Shown: one piece after another, positions 30,931 through 39,235 of the stretch | Position numbering within the stretch: the stretch's first letter is position 1 | Layout: every line of letters starts with the position of its first letter | Assembly: GCA_963818575.1 (NCBI GenBank) | Contig: CAWFSV010000014.1 | Span: forward strand, 108,212 to 172,211 | Direction of reading: 5' to 3' | DNA: 64,000 nt | Source: an uncultured Chloroflexia bacterium | GTDB lineage: Bacteria > Chloroflexota > Anaerolineae > Anaerolineales > E44-bin32 | Position numbers and translations under genes: made by a program | Notes under the pieces: model-generated | What the model saw: only the letters and a program-made list of their open reading frames with translations | Database searches by the model: none | What the model was told of the DNA's origin: nothing

Positions 30931-31570
30931 CTAGATCCAGCGCAGCGCTGCGCCGAAGACGAGCAGTGCAGCGAGGTCTACGGCGAAGATCACGCCAACC
31001 ACGGTGAGTTTCTGGCGCAGGCGCGGCAGATCGAAGACCCAGAAGGAGACCAGAAAGAAGGTCAGGTAGCCGAAGACGAAGATCAGCCACGGCGCGCCGA
31101 CGTTCCACCACGGGTACTCCCAGGTGAGCGCCCCGACGGCGTTGAGCAGGACTTCGACGAAGACGCAGAACGCCGCGCCCGTCACGGCGATGAACAACCG
31201 ATTCGGGAGGCCGAGGATGCGGCGTGCCTCGATCGGCGGGCAGCATCTTCGAGAAGGTGATCCCGGCGATGGCGAACATGAAGCAGATCTCGATGTTCAG
31301 CCCGATCAGGATCAGATAGGCGGTCTTGCCCGGCGCGCCCCACACCGGGGCGTACTGCGTGAAATGGAACACCAGCCCGTTCCAGATCTCGTTGAACCAG
31401 TCCATCCCCCAGAAGGCCAGGCCGGCGAAGACCAGACTCCAGTTGCGTTTCTCGATCTCGTTGGCGTAGACGTAGACCACCAGGGCGAAGAGCGGTATCA
31501 CATACCACTGGAACAGGCTGCCATCCCGCAGGATGCTCAGCGCTTGCGCCGCGGATTCGGTGGGCATCAT
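30931..31570 (-). CDS. hypothetical integral membrane protein (1 frame interruption ~31200)
   Basis: The hydrophobic ORF 30854..31570 continues in ORF 30931..31197. No family recognised. Confidence 0.45.
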
Positions 31571-31614
31571 CGGCCTCCAGGGCTAACACGACCGGACCGG
31601 TGGCTGCGCACGGG

Positions 31615-32509
31615 TCAGGTCGTGATGCGGAACCAGAGGTACAGCCCGTGGCCCACCAGCGTGAGCCCCGGCAGGATCAGCGTCGTCAGGCAGGCGGCGG
31701 TGCTTCCCAGGCGAATCGTGCCGCTCGGGTCGATCTGCAGCGAGCCGGGAAGCGCGTCGAGCGCCGCGCCACGCGTCGGATCGTCCGGATCGTACAGGAT
31801 CAGCTCTTCCGTCTGATCGTTCACCCGTTCCGGAAAGGTGGTCTTCGAGGTCACCTCGTAGGTGGCGCCGTCGTGGGCGCGGAACGAGAAGGTCATCGCC
31901 ATCACCGGCCGGTTGTTGATCGTCGTGTTGGTCGGCACGGCCGAGGCAAGTTTGCCGAAGGCCAGCCGCCCGATGCCCAGCAGACGGCTCGCCCGAAGGC
32001 CCTCCCGCAGCCCGAAGAAGGTGATCCCGGCGCCGATCAGCGGGAAAGATGGACACCACCAGCGCCATCGCGCCAAAGGTCGATCGCCGCATGCCCTCGA
32101 CCCGCGCCACCTCCGGCTGCCCGCGCAGGTACTCGACGGTGACTCGCTGCCCCTCCTCGGGGTAGTAGCCTGTCGAGTAGGCCGTCGATTCCACCTTGGT
32201 CCCGTTGGCGGCGACGAAGCGGTAGTGGACGGCGTACACCGGCGAGTCGTTCTCGGAGGCGTTGGTCCCTTCGATCGAGGTGACCACGCCGGTCGCTCGA
32301 GAGGTGTCCATCAGCGACATCAAGGGGCCGCTGATGTCGGCCTGCAGGCCGAAGGCGTAGAAGAAGATCATGCCGAAGCCGAGCAGCAGCCAGCCGACCT
32401 GCTGCAGCGCCCCGCCGAACAGCACGGTCGTCCAGGCGCAGGCCGGGACGGCGCGGGGCGGGAGGAGGATCGCCGGCTCGACCGGCGTTCGCGGAAGCTG
32501 CGAGCTCAT
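31615..32509 (-). CDS. membrane protein with two DUF3592-like repeats (1 frame interruption ~32060)
   Basis: Both halves share a pattern of TM segment, beta-rich segment (ATGVVTSIEGT...YAVHYRF...G..V.VEY), then TM segment. ATG 32509 overlaps the GNAT stop codon (ATGA). Confidence 0.5.
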
Positions 32510-33066
32510 CGTCGCTCTTCTCCTGTTGCGGAGGCTTGCTTTCCCTGGCGCGTCCGCCACTCACCTTCGAGGATCGACATCAGCTCCAGGCTCCACATGG
32601 CATTTCCTACACGACGCGCGTCGCGCAAGTGCCCTTCGTGCACGAAGCCTTCCGCTTGGTAACACCGGATGGCGGCTCGATTGAAGTCGAACACGAGCAG
32701 GTCCACTCGGTGCAGTCCAAGCTCGGCGAAGGCCAGACGCAGGATCGGCCGGACCATGGCCCGCCCGAAGCCCGCCCCGCGACGCGCCGGGTCGACCAGA
32801 ACGCGGCTGAGGCGCGCCGAGTGGCCGTCGATGTCGTTGAGCTCGATGTGCCCCACGCGTTCGCCGTTGGATTCGCACGCCGTGTAGATGCGTCGGGGGG
32901 ACGACTCCGCTTCGGCCGAGGCACGGTAGGCCTCAAGCTGTGCCGCATCCAACGGGTAACGGAAGAACGGACCTGCCCACAGCATGAGGGACTCCGGGGA
33001 ATCGATCCAGGCGAGCAGCCGGTCGAAGTCCGGACGTTCGAAGGGACGCAGGTTGAGATCATCCAT
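32506..33066 (-). CDS. GNAT-family N-acetyltransferase
   Basis: MDDLNLRPFE...VLVDPARRGAGFGRAM...AIRCYQAEGF. Confidence 0.8.
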   Translation of the reverse strand: MDDLNLRPFERPDFDRLLAWIDSPESLMLWAGPFFRYPLDAAQLEAYRASAEAESSPRRIYTACESNGERVGHIELNDIDGHSARLSRVLVDPARRGAGFGRAMVRPILRLAFAELGLHRVDLLVFDFNRAAIRCYQAEGFVHEGHLRDARRVGNAMWSLELMSILEGEWRTRQGKQASATGEERR

Positions 33067-33312
33067 GGCTATGGTTGGACGGCCCGGCGTGTTGCCGTTG
33101 GATCCGCCCGGGAGCGACCAGTGCAGGGCAAGCACATCGGCCCGGCGGGCGTGCCTAGGCTAGCACACACCGGCGAGCTTGGGAAACGGCCCTGTGTTCC
33201 GGCCGATCGCCCTGATCCGGAGGCAGCCTGCGATCCCCGGTCCGGGGTTAGCGCTCGCACGCGGCTATGCTAAAGTCCTCGCCAACCGAGCTCCCGCCCG
33301 AGGAGAGACCGG

Positions 33313-34657
33313 ATGCGCACACCTCTTGTCCTGCTCCCATGTGTGATCCTCGTGATCGCTACCGCCTGCAACACACCCGGCATCGCGCGACAGGCCACGG
33401 CGACGGACGCGCCGCCGGCGCTCTCCACCGCTCCCGCGGCCTGGCGCGAGATCCCGAACCCGCCGGCGCCGACGCCGACCTACGGCCCCATCCCGACCTA
33501 CGCCCCTCTCCCCGAAGGGTTCCCGCGCTTCGAACGCCATCCCGAAGCCTGGGTATGGGACGCGCGGCGCGCTGCAGACATTGCCCGCCGTCGATCTACA
33601 GTCGAGCGATCCGTGGGAACTCGACCTGCGGTCGATGGACCTGTCGCTCCTCGACCTGAGTGACTCGGGAGAGTCCCTGACGATTGCCAACTTCGACACC
33701 GAGACGCGCTGGCCGGGCGCCGGGCTGCTGCCAGCAGGCTTCGATCCGCTGGCGATCCTCGAACTGGGGAAGGATCCCGGCCTGGGCGTTCGCAGGCTTC
33801 ACGCGCAGGGAATCACCGGCCGCAACGTCGGCATCGCCATCATCGACCAGACGCTTCTGGTAGATCACGTGGAATACGCCGACCGCCTGCAGGTGTATGA
33901 GGAGGCGGACGATATCCAGGGAGGCTGGCTCCAGCCGCAGATTCACGGCCCGGCCGTCGCCTCGATCGCCGTGGGCCGCACGGTCGGCGTGGCGCCGGAA
34001 GCTGATCTGTACTACATCGCCACGGCGATGTGCAACACCGGAAGCCACGAGTTCGATCGACTTCGCCTGCCTGGCGGAAGTCCGTCTATCGCGTACTGGA
34101 GATCCAAGACGAGCTGCCCGCCGACCGGAAGATCCGCGTGTTGTCGATCTCCGTCGGATGGGCTCCGGGCGACAAGGGCTACGAGGAGATCCGGGCGGCG
34201 ACGCAAGCGGCGAGGGACTCCGGTCTGCTGGTCATCTGCTCGAGCGTCGAGGAGGTCCACGGCTTCCGCTTCCATGGCCTGGGGCGAATGCAGACTGCCG
34301 ATCCAAACGAGTTCGAGCAGCTACGGCCCGGGGGTGTGGTGGGCGGAGGAGTTCTATGCCGGCAATGCCCCTGCTGATGCGCTTCTGGTGCCGATGGGCT
34401 CGCGCACGACCGCCTCGCCGGCAGGAATCGAGGGCTATGCCTTCTACTCGCCTGGCGGCTGGAGCTGGTCGATCCCGTATATTGCCGGCGCGTACGCACT
34501 TGCAGCACAGGTCAGTCCGGACATCACCCCGGATGTGTTCTGGAGCACGGCGCTTCGCACCGGCACGACGATCGAGATCGATCATGAGGGCCAGACATTC
34601 TCCCTCGGGCCGATCCTGAACCCCGAGGCGCTGATCGCCGCGCTGCGGGCGCCGTGA
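33313..34657 (+). CDS. S8 (subtilase-like) serine peptidase lipoprotein (at least 3 frame changes)
   Basis: Lipobox LVIATAC is followed by catalytic-type motifs AIIDQ (Asp), HGPAVASIAVG (His) and GWSWSIPYIAGAYAL (Ser). These are spread over ORFs 33313..33663, 33581..34657 and 34030..34377. Confidence 0.65.
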
Positions 34658-34665
34658 GGCCGGTG

Positions 34666-34767
34666 GACGGGCGAAGCACGCCAGTTCTGTGCTTCGCCCC
34701 TACGAACACAATCGGCTCCTGATCGTGAGGCAGGGGCACGGCATGCCGTGCCCCTGCCGATTCCGGT
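34666..34767. repeat. composite REP-like element, copy 1 (hairpin A, linker, hairpin B)
   Basis: gacGGGCGAAGCAC-N9-GTGCTTCGCCCctac, then gaacacaatcggctcctgatcg, then GCAGGGGCACGGCATGCCGTGCCCCTGC, then cgattccgg. Confidence 0.8.
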
Positions 34768-34869
34768 GGTGTCGTGATCCGGTGGAGCGGACAGGCCGTC
34801 GGCGTGACGTGGGTTCTGGCAGCCACCCGCACACATCTCGGTGCCTGGCTGGTCTCATCGTATTGATAC

Positions 34870-35047
34870 GTAGGGGCGAAGCATGCCGTCTCGCACCCCG
34901 TTCGGGCCGCGAGCCCCGGCCCGCCGGGGCGAGACGACCGGCGTGCCGCCGGGCTTCGCGGCACGAACGGTGCTTCGCCCCTACGAACACTATCGGCTCC
35001 TGATCGCGATGCAGGGGCACGGCATGCCGTGCCCCTACGGATTCCCG
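34870..35047. repeat. composite REP-like element, copy 2, with ~85-nt GC-rich insertion in the loop of hairpin A
   Basis: GTAGGGGCGAAGCA...(insert)...TGCTTCGCCCCTAC, then gaacactatcggctcctgatcgcgat, then GCAGGGGCACGGCATGCCGTGCCCCTAC, then ggattcc. Confidence 0.8.
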
Positions 35048-35304
35048 GTGACTGACGAATCTGTTGGGGCGGAATGCCCAAGCCGCGTGGATGACCGAAC
35101 CACCGGTGAAAGGTGGCCTGTCGAATTCCTTCTGACGGGAACGTGGTTCTACCCAGGGCAAGAGGTCGGTTGACTAACCATCTTAGAACCGCTAAATTGA
35201 CATAAACGCGTGGATTCCGCATGCTCGGCCGATTGGGTGGCATCGTCCGACGGTCTGCACCAATTTGTTATGCGAATTCTGACGTCATCCAGCGGCATTT
35301 GTCA

Positions 35305-35310
35305 TATAAT
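35305..35310 (+). promoter_or_regulatory. TATAAT -10 box 9 nt before ATG 35320 (leaderless-type promoter candidate)
   Basis: gtcaTATAATattggttgcATGcca. Confidence 0.4.
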
Positions 35311-35319
35311 ATTGGTTGC

Positions 35320-36080
35320 ATGCCAGGTGGTGATATGGACAACCCATCGAAGCCAATTGGCCGGAAGCTCTCCAAGGGGCAAGCGGCCGAACCGCAACGT
35401 CCGCCGCCGGATCCGGCAGCGGCGCGGGGGCGGCGTCTTCACGGCCCCCGCGCGCGGACGCGGGATTCGAGGTCGATGTCGGAGAGCGGCTGCGCGTGCT
35501 GCGAACGGAGCACGGGCACTCCCTGCGTCGATTGGCCGATCTGAGCGGGCTGAACGTCAACACGTTGAGTCTGATCGAGAACGGCCGGACGTCACCGAGC
35601 GTCAGCACGCTTCAGCAGGTGGCGCGGGCGATGCAGGTTCCGATCAGCGCGTTCTTCGAGATGGATGAAGCCGCGCAGACGGTGGTCTTCCAACAGGCGG
35701 GGCACAGGCCGCGGGCGGCCTTCGCCCACGGCATGGCTGAAGACATGGGTGCAGGGATGACGCTGCACGGGGGGCAGCCGCTGCTGGTGACGCTCCGGCC
35801 GGGCACGGACAGCGGCCCCGCTCCGATCGTCCACACCGGTCACGAATTCGTCTATTGCCTCGAAGGCCAGCTGGACTACACCATCGATGGACGCCGGTAT
35901 GTGCTCGAAGCGGGCGACAGCCTGATCTTCGAGGCCCACCTCCCCCACCGCTGGGGAAATCCCGGGCTAACGCAGACGCGCTCGCTGCTCATCCTTTGCC
36001 CGGATGACGAGAACGATCGTCCCACCGACAGGCACTTCGCGACCGAGGCCGAGGCCCTGCTGCAAGGCCCCAGCGAGTAA
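35320..36080 (+). CDS. XRE-family HTH plus cupin-domain transcriptional regulator (possible frame interruption ~35460; core 35496..36080 is secure)
   Basis: VGERLRVLRTEHGHSLRRLADLSGLNVNTLSLIENGRTSPSVSTL is the HTH. HTGHEFVYCLEG...GDSLIFEAHLPHRW is the cupin domain. The HTH starts upstream of the listed GTG 35496 but has no in-frame start there. Confidence 0.7.
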
Positions 36081-36091
36081 GGAGGTTTGCG

Positions 36092-36646
36092 ATGTCGACC
36101 CGCGCCTTTCGCACCCTGGCGGTCTTTCTCCTCCTGATCGGTGCCGGTGCCATCCAAGCCGGCGCTCATCCGGCGGCGGCTCAAACGCCGATGACGGAGA
36201 AGGACGACTCCTGCATTGCCTGTCACGAAGCCCTGTACCTCAACCACGACACCGGCAAGTGGTACTGCCTGTGCGAGGTCAAGGCCCGCTGCACGTTCTG
36301 TCACGGCGGGGTGCTTGGGGAATTGACCGAGGAGGCGGCGCACGCCGGCATGGTCGCCAATCCGGTGCAGCACGGGACCGAGACCTGCGAGGGCTGCCAT
36401 CCGCAGGACGTCGCCGATCGCGTGGTGACTTTCGCTTCCCGGGCCGGCTTCAGCGCTACCCCCTGCCCGACGGTCGAAGCCCTGGCGGCGTCCCTGGTGC
36501 CGAGACCGGGCCCGGTGCTGCCCTCCGGGCTGGGGACCATGCAGATCGGGGCGCTGGTGCTCCTCGGCGCGGGTTTCATCGTGTTGGTTGTGTTCGCCTA
36601 CCGCTGCTGGAAGGCGGATTGTCTGAGAAAGCGCACGCAGCCTTAG
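36092..36646 (+). CDS. membrane-anchored triheme c-type cytochrome
   Basis: Signal peptide, three CxxCH motifs (CIACH, CTFCH, CEGCH) and a C-terminal TM segment (IGALVLLGAGFIVLVVFAY). AAGGAGG precedes the ATG. Confidence 0.8.
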   Translation: MSTRAFRTLAVFLLLIGAGAIQAGAHPAAAQTPMTEKDDSCIACHEALYLNHDTGKWYCLCEVKARCTFCHGGVLGELTEEAAHAGMVANPVQHGTETCEGCHPQDVADRVVTFASRAGFSATPCPTVEALAASLVPRPGPVLPSGLGTMQIGALVLLGAGFIVLVVFAYRCWKADCLRKRTQP

Positions 36647-36683
36647 CTTCCCAATCCATCCCAGAACTCGGAGAGACATCGAC

Positions 36684-37082
36684 ATGCGCATCGCGGTCAT
36701 CACGGACGACGGACAGACGATCAGCCAGCATTTTGGGCGGGCCCTCCACTACCTGGTCGTCACGATCGAGGCGGGCCAGATCACCCAGCGTGAGATGCGG
36801 GACAAGGTGGGGCATCAGCACTTCGCCGGGGAAGGCCACGGCCACGAGGAACAGGGGCAGGCGCACGGTCACGGTCCGGAGGCCGACAACCGGCACGGCC
36901 GGATGGCGCAGGCGATCGAGGATTGCGAGGCCGTCCTGTGCGGCGGCATGGGCTCGGGCGCCTACCAGAGCATGCTCGCGCGCGGCATCCGACCGGTGGT
37001 CACCGACCTGACGTCGATCGACGAGGCTGCCCTGGCCTACGCCCAGGGCACGATCGTAGATCGGACCGACCTGCTGCACTAG
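36684..37082 (+). CDS. NifB/NifX-family (dinitrogenase FeMo-cofactor-binding domain) protein with His-rich insertion
   Basis: MRIAVITDDGQTISQHFGRA...VLCGGMGSGAYQSMLARGI. The insertion HQHFAGEGHGHEEQGQAHGHG is histidine-rich. Confidence 0.7.
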   Translation: MRIAVITDDGQTISQHFGRALHYLVVTIEAGQITQREMRDKVGHQHFAGEGHGHEEQGQAHGHGPEADNRHGRMAQAIEDCEAVLCGGMGSGAYQSMLARGIRPVVTDLTSIDEAALAYAQGTIVDRTDLLH

Positions 37083-37139
37083 GACGCGCGGGACTCGACC
37101 CTCCGGGGGGTAACGCGTGCGATCATCCTCGATAGACAT

Positions 37140-37243
37140 GTAGGGGCGAAGCACGGCAGTCCTGTGCTTCGCCCCTACGAACACAGATCGGCTCCTGATC
37201 GCGATGTAGGGGCACGGCATGCCGTGCCCCTACCGATTCCGGG
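37140..37243. repeat. composite REP-like element, copy 3
   Basis: GTAGGGGCGAAGCAC-N9-GTGCTTCGCCCCTAC, then gaacacagatcggctcctgatcgcgat, then GTAGGGGCACGGCATGCCGTGCCCCTAC, then cgattccgg. Confidence 0.85.
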
Positions 37244-37384
37244 AGCGCGGCGGTCCGCTGAAGCCGCAGTCTCCCTGGCGCTGAGGGGCTACGCCCCCAA
37301 TCCCTGCCTCATGTCGGCAAGGTGACGCTCTCCGCAAGTGTTCGCCGCCTCGCCCCCGAGAAAGAGGCCCATGTCGGGTGACGC

Positions 37385-37423
37385 GAAGGGGCGAAGCACC
37401 CAACTACTGTGCCTCGCCCCTTC
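37385..37423. repeat. REP-like hairpin A variant, copy 4; terminator-like position 14 nt after stop 37438
   Basis: GAAGGGGCGAAGCAC-N9-GTGCCTCGCCCCTTC. Confidence 0.75.
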
Positions 37424-37437
37424 GCGGGCGCCGGTGG

Positions 37438-39003
37438 TCAGAGTTCCACGTCGATGAAGCTGTTGACGAGTTCCCCGGCCATCGGCACCAGTTCCATGTA
37501 GAAGCGCTTGTTCTCCGGGTCGCCCGCCTCAAACAGGTGGTCGTACTTGATGCGATCGTCGGCCGCGGGAACCCGGGCGGCGGCGCGCACCGCGAACTCG
37601 CGCAGCTGACGCACGTTCGCCAGCCGCGGGTTGACCGCCGAGTAGTACAGGGCGAGTTTCTCGACGGAGCGGAGCTCACGTCCGATTTCACGAGCGGCGC
37701 GACAGAACTGCCCAAGGACCACCAGCACCCGATCGCCAAACGTCATGGCCGGGATCGTCGATTCGTTCTGCGTCGGCACGCGGCTGAGCACATCCTTCCC
37801 TTTGGGCCTGGCAGCCATCCTGCGTTTCATCTCCTCCAGGCTGTAGGAAATGCTGCCTGCCATGACAAAGGCGACCGGCTTGCCCTCGGCCCCCAGGTCG
37901 AGGTAAGGGAGCAGGACTTCATACGGCCAGGCTTCGTCTGCGCGGGCATCCACCTCGTCGATAAGGACGAGCGCCGCCTCGTCGGACGCCGCGACTTGCA
38001 CCAGGTCGGCCTGCATCTTCTCCCGCCCGACCTTGGCCAGGTTGATCTCAACATACGCGGCTTTGGTGTGCAGGCTCGCGCCCACCTGCTGGACGAAGTA
38101 TGTCTTGCCGCTGCCGGGCGGCGCCCAGATCAGGTGATTGTTCCGCCGGGCAGCGCCGGCATCCAGGCCCTCCACGATCCTGGCGCGCAGATCCTTGAGC
38201 GCGTGCAGGACCGGCTGTTCGAAGCGGATGTAGTCTCCGACGACACTGTAACGTGCCAGCCGGATCGCTTCCAGGTCTCGCACCATAGGGATCATCCAGA
38301 AGGAGGTGGTCTTGCCCCTCTGGCGAAGGGCGTCGTGGTAGCTGGTCAGATACTCCTGGGCGTGTTCCAGGTAGTCCGGATCGAGGCGCCTGGCATGCAT
38401 CGGCCCGCTGAACACCTGCGCCCAGTCGGTCACCGACATGATCAGGTCTTCCGAGGCGGGGTCGAACTCGCTCCAGCGCTTGACGTGCTCTTCCGACCGG
38501 AAGAGATTCATCTGCCCTCAATTGAAGGGCGTGGAACCCTCCCTCCATTTTGTGAAGGGCGAACGCATGTAACCGACCATCGTCGGCGGGTCGGCCTCCA
38601 GGATCTCATGATCGCGCATTCTCACGACCAGAGGTTCCCCGCAGTCGAGGCACGCCGAGTCCAGTCGCACTTCTTTGCCAGGGCAGAGCCAGCGCACGGC
38701 CAGCGATTCGAGACCTCACTGACCGTAGAAGCCCTCCCGGCCGTCAATTGTCAGGCGGTGATGGGTGGGAAGGCTGGAGAATGGCGCCCAGGCCTCCACG
38801 TAGTCGGTATCGCTGGCCATCCAGCAAGCGGCTGCCCCCTCTCGATTCGAGTACTCTGCCGCCGCCCGTTGCAGTCGCCGCGCCTCCTCGACGGGCACCT
38901 TCAGCACGCTCGCCAACTCCACATAGTGAGGAGCCCGGCCATGCCTCAGAAGCCCTAACAGCGTCTCCGTGTACGCCCTCTGGACCAACTCCATGCTCTG
39001 CAT
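37438..39003 (-). CDS. MerB-like (organomercurial-lyase fold) domain fused to AAA+ ATPase; single frame with two in-frame TGA codons (candidate selenocysteines)
   Basis: I checked codon by codon that ORF 38716..39003, the unlisted segment 38521..38715 and ORF 37438..38511 share one frame. Only TGA at 38716-38718 and TGA at 38518-38520 separate them. Sequence: ...IDGREGFYGQ-TGA-GLESLAVRWLCPG...ACLDCGEPLVV...STPFN-TGA-GQMNLFRSEEHVKRW...IWAPPGSGKTY (Walker A)...LVLIDEVD (Walker B). GGGAGGTGG precedes ATG 39003. Confidence 0.65.
38488..38505 (-). promoter_or_regulatory. SECIS-like stem-loop 12 nt downstream of TGA no. 2
   Basis: CUCUUCC-GGUC-GGAAGAG: a perfect 7-bp stem with a GGUC tetraloop. 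Confidence 0.45.
38518..38520 (-). other. in-frame TGA no. 2 (aligns with MerB Cys159 position)
   Basis: PFN-TGA-GQMNLFRS compared with MerB SF-C-CHVHFFAS; MerB sequence is from memory. Confidence 0.5.
38716..38718 (-). other. in-frame TGA no. 1 (aligns with MerB Cys96 position)
   Basis: FYGQ-TGA-GLES compared with MerB YAW-C-ALD; MerB sequence is from memory. Confidence 0.5.
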
Positions 39004-39162
39004 CGGCCACCTCCCGGGTATTCATTAGGGTGACGACCGAATCCTACAGGATATGTCCGGATTGAACAACATCCTGGGCCGACAAGTCACGAGGGGCGGC
39101 CTGGGATTCCACTGCCTCTCCTCTGTCGCCGTGCCTGCGACCTGAGGCTCTGCTCAAAACAC

Positions 39163-39201
39163 TGTAGGGGCGAAGCACGGCAGTTCTGTGCTTCGCCCCT
39201 A
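39163..39201. repeat. REP-like hairpin A, copy 5; lies between the YeeE-rhodanese stop and the MerB-like gene
   Basis: GTAGGGGCGAAGCAC-N9-GTGCTTCGCCCCTAC. Confidence 0.8.
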
Positions 39202-39235
39202 CGGTTCGCTTGCGGAGTTGTCTGGCGTTAGCGGA

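Noticed and set aside
34666-39201. Clustered repeats considered as a CRISPR array
   Set aside because: The copies are self-complementary hairpins. They are irregularly spaced (100 bp to 2 kb), separated by ordinary genes, and not a fixed-length repeat/spacer lattice. No cas genes are present.
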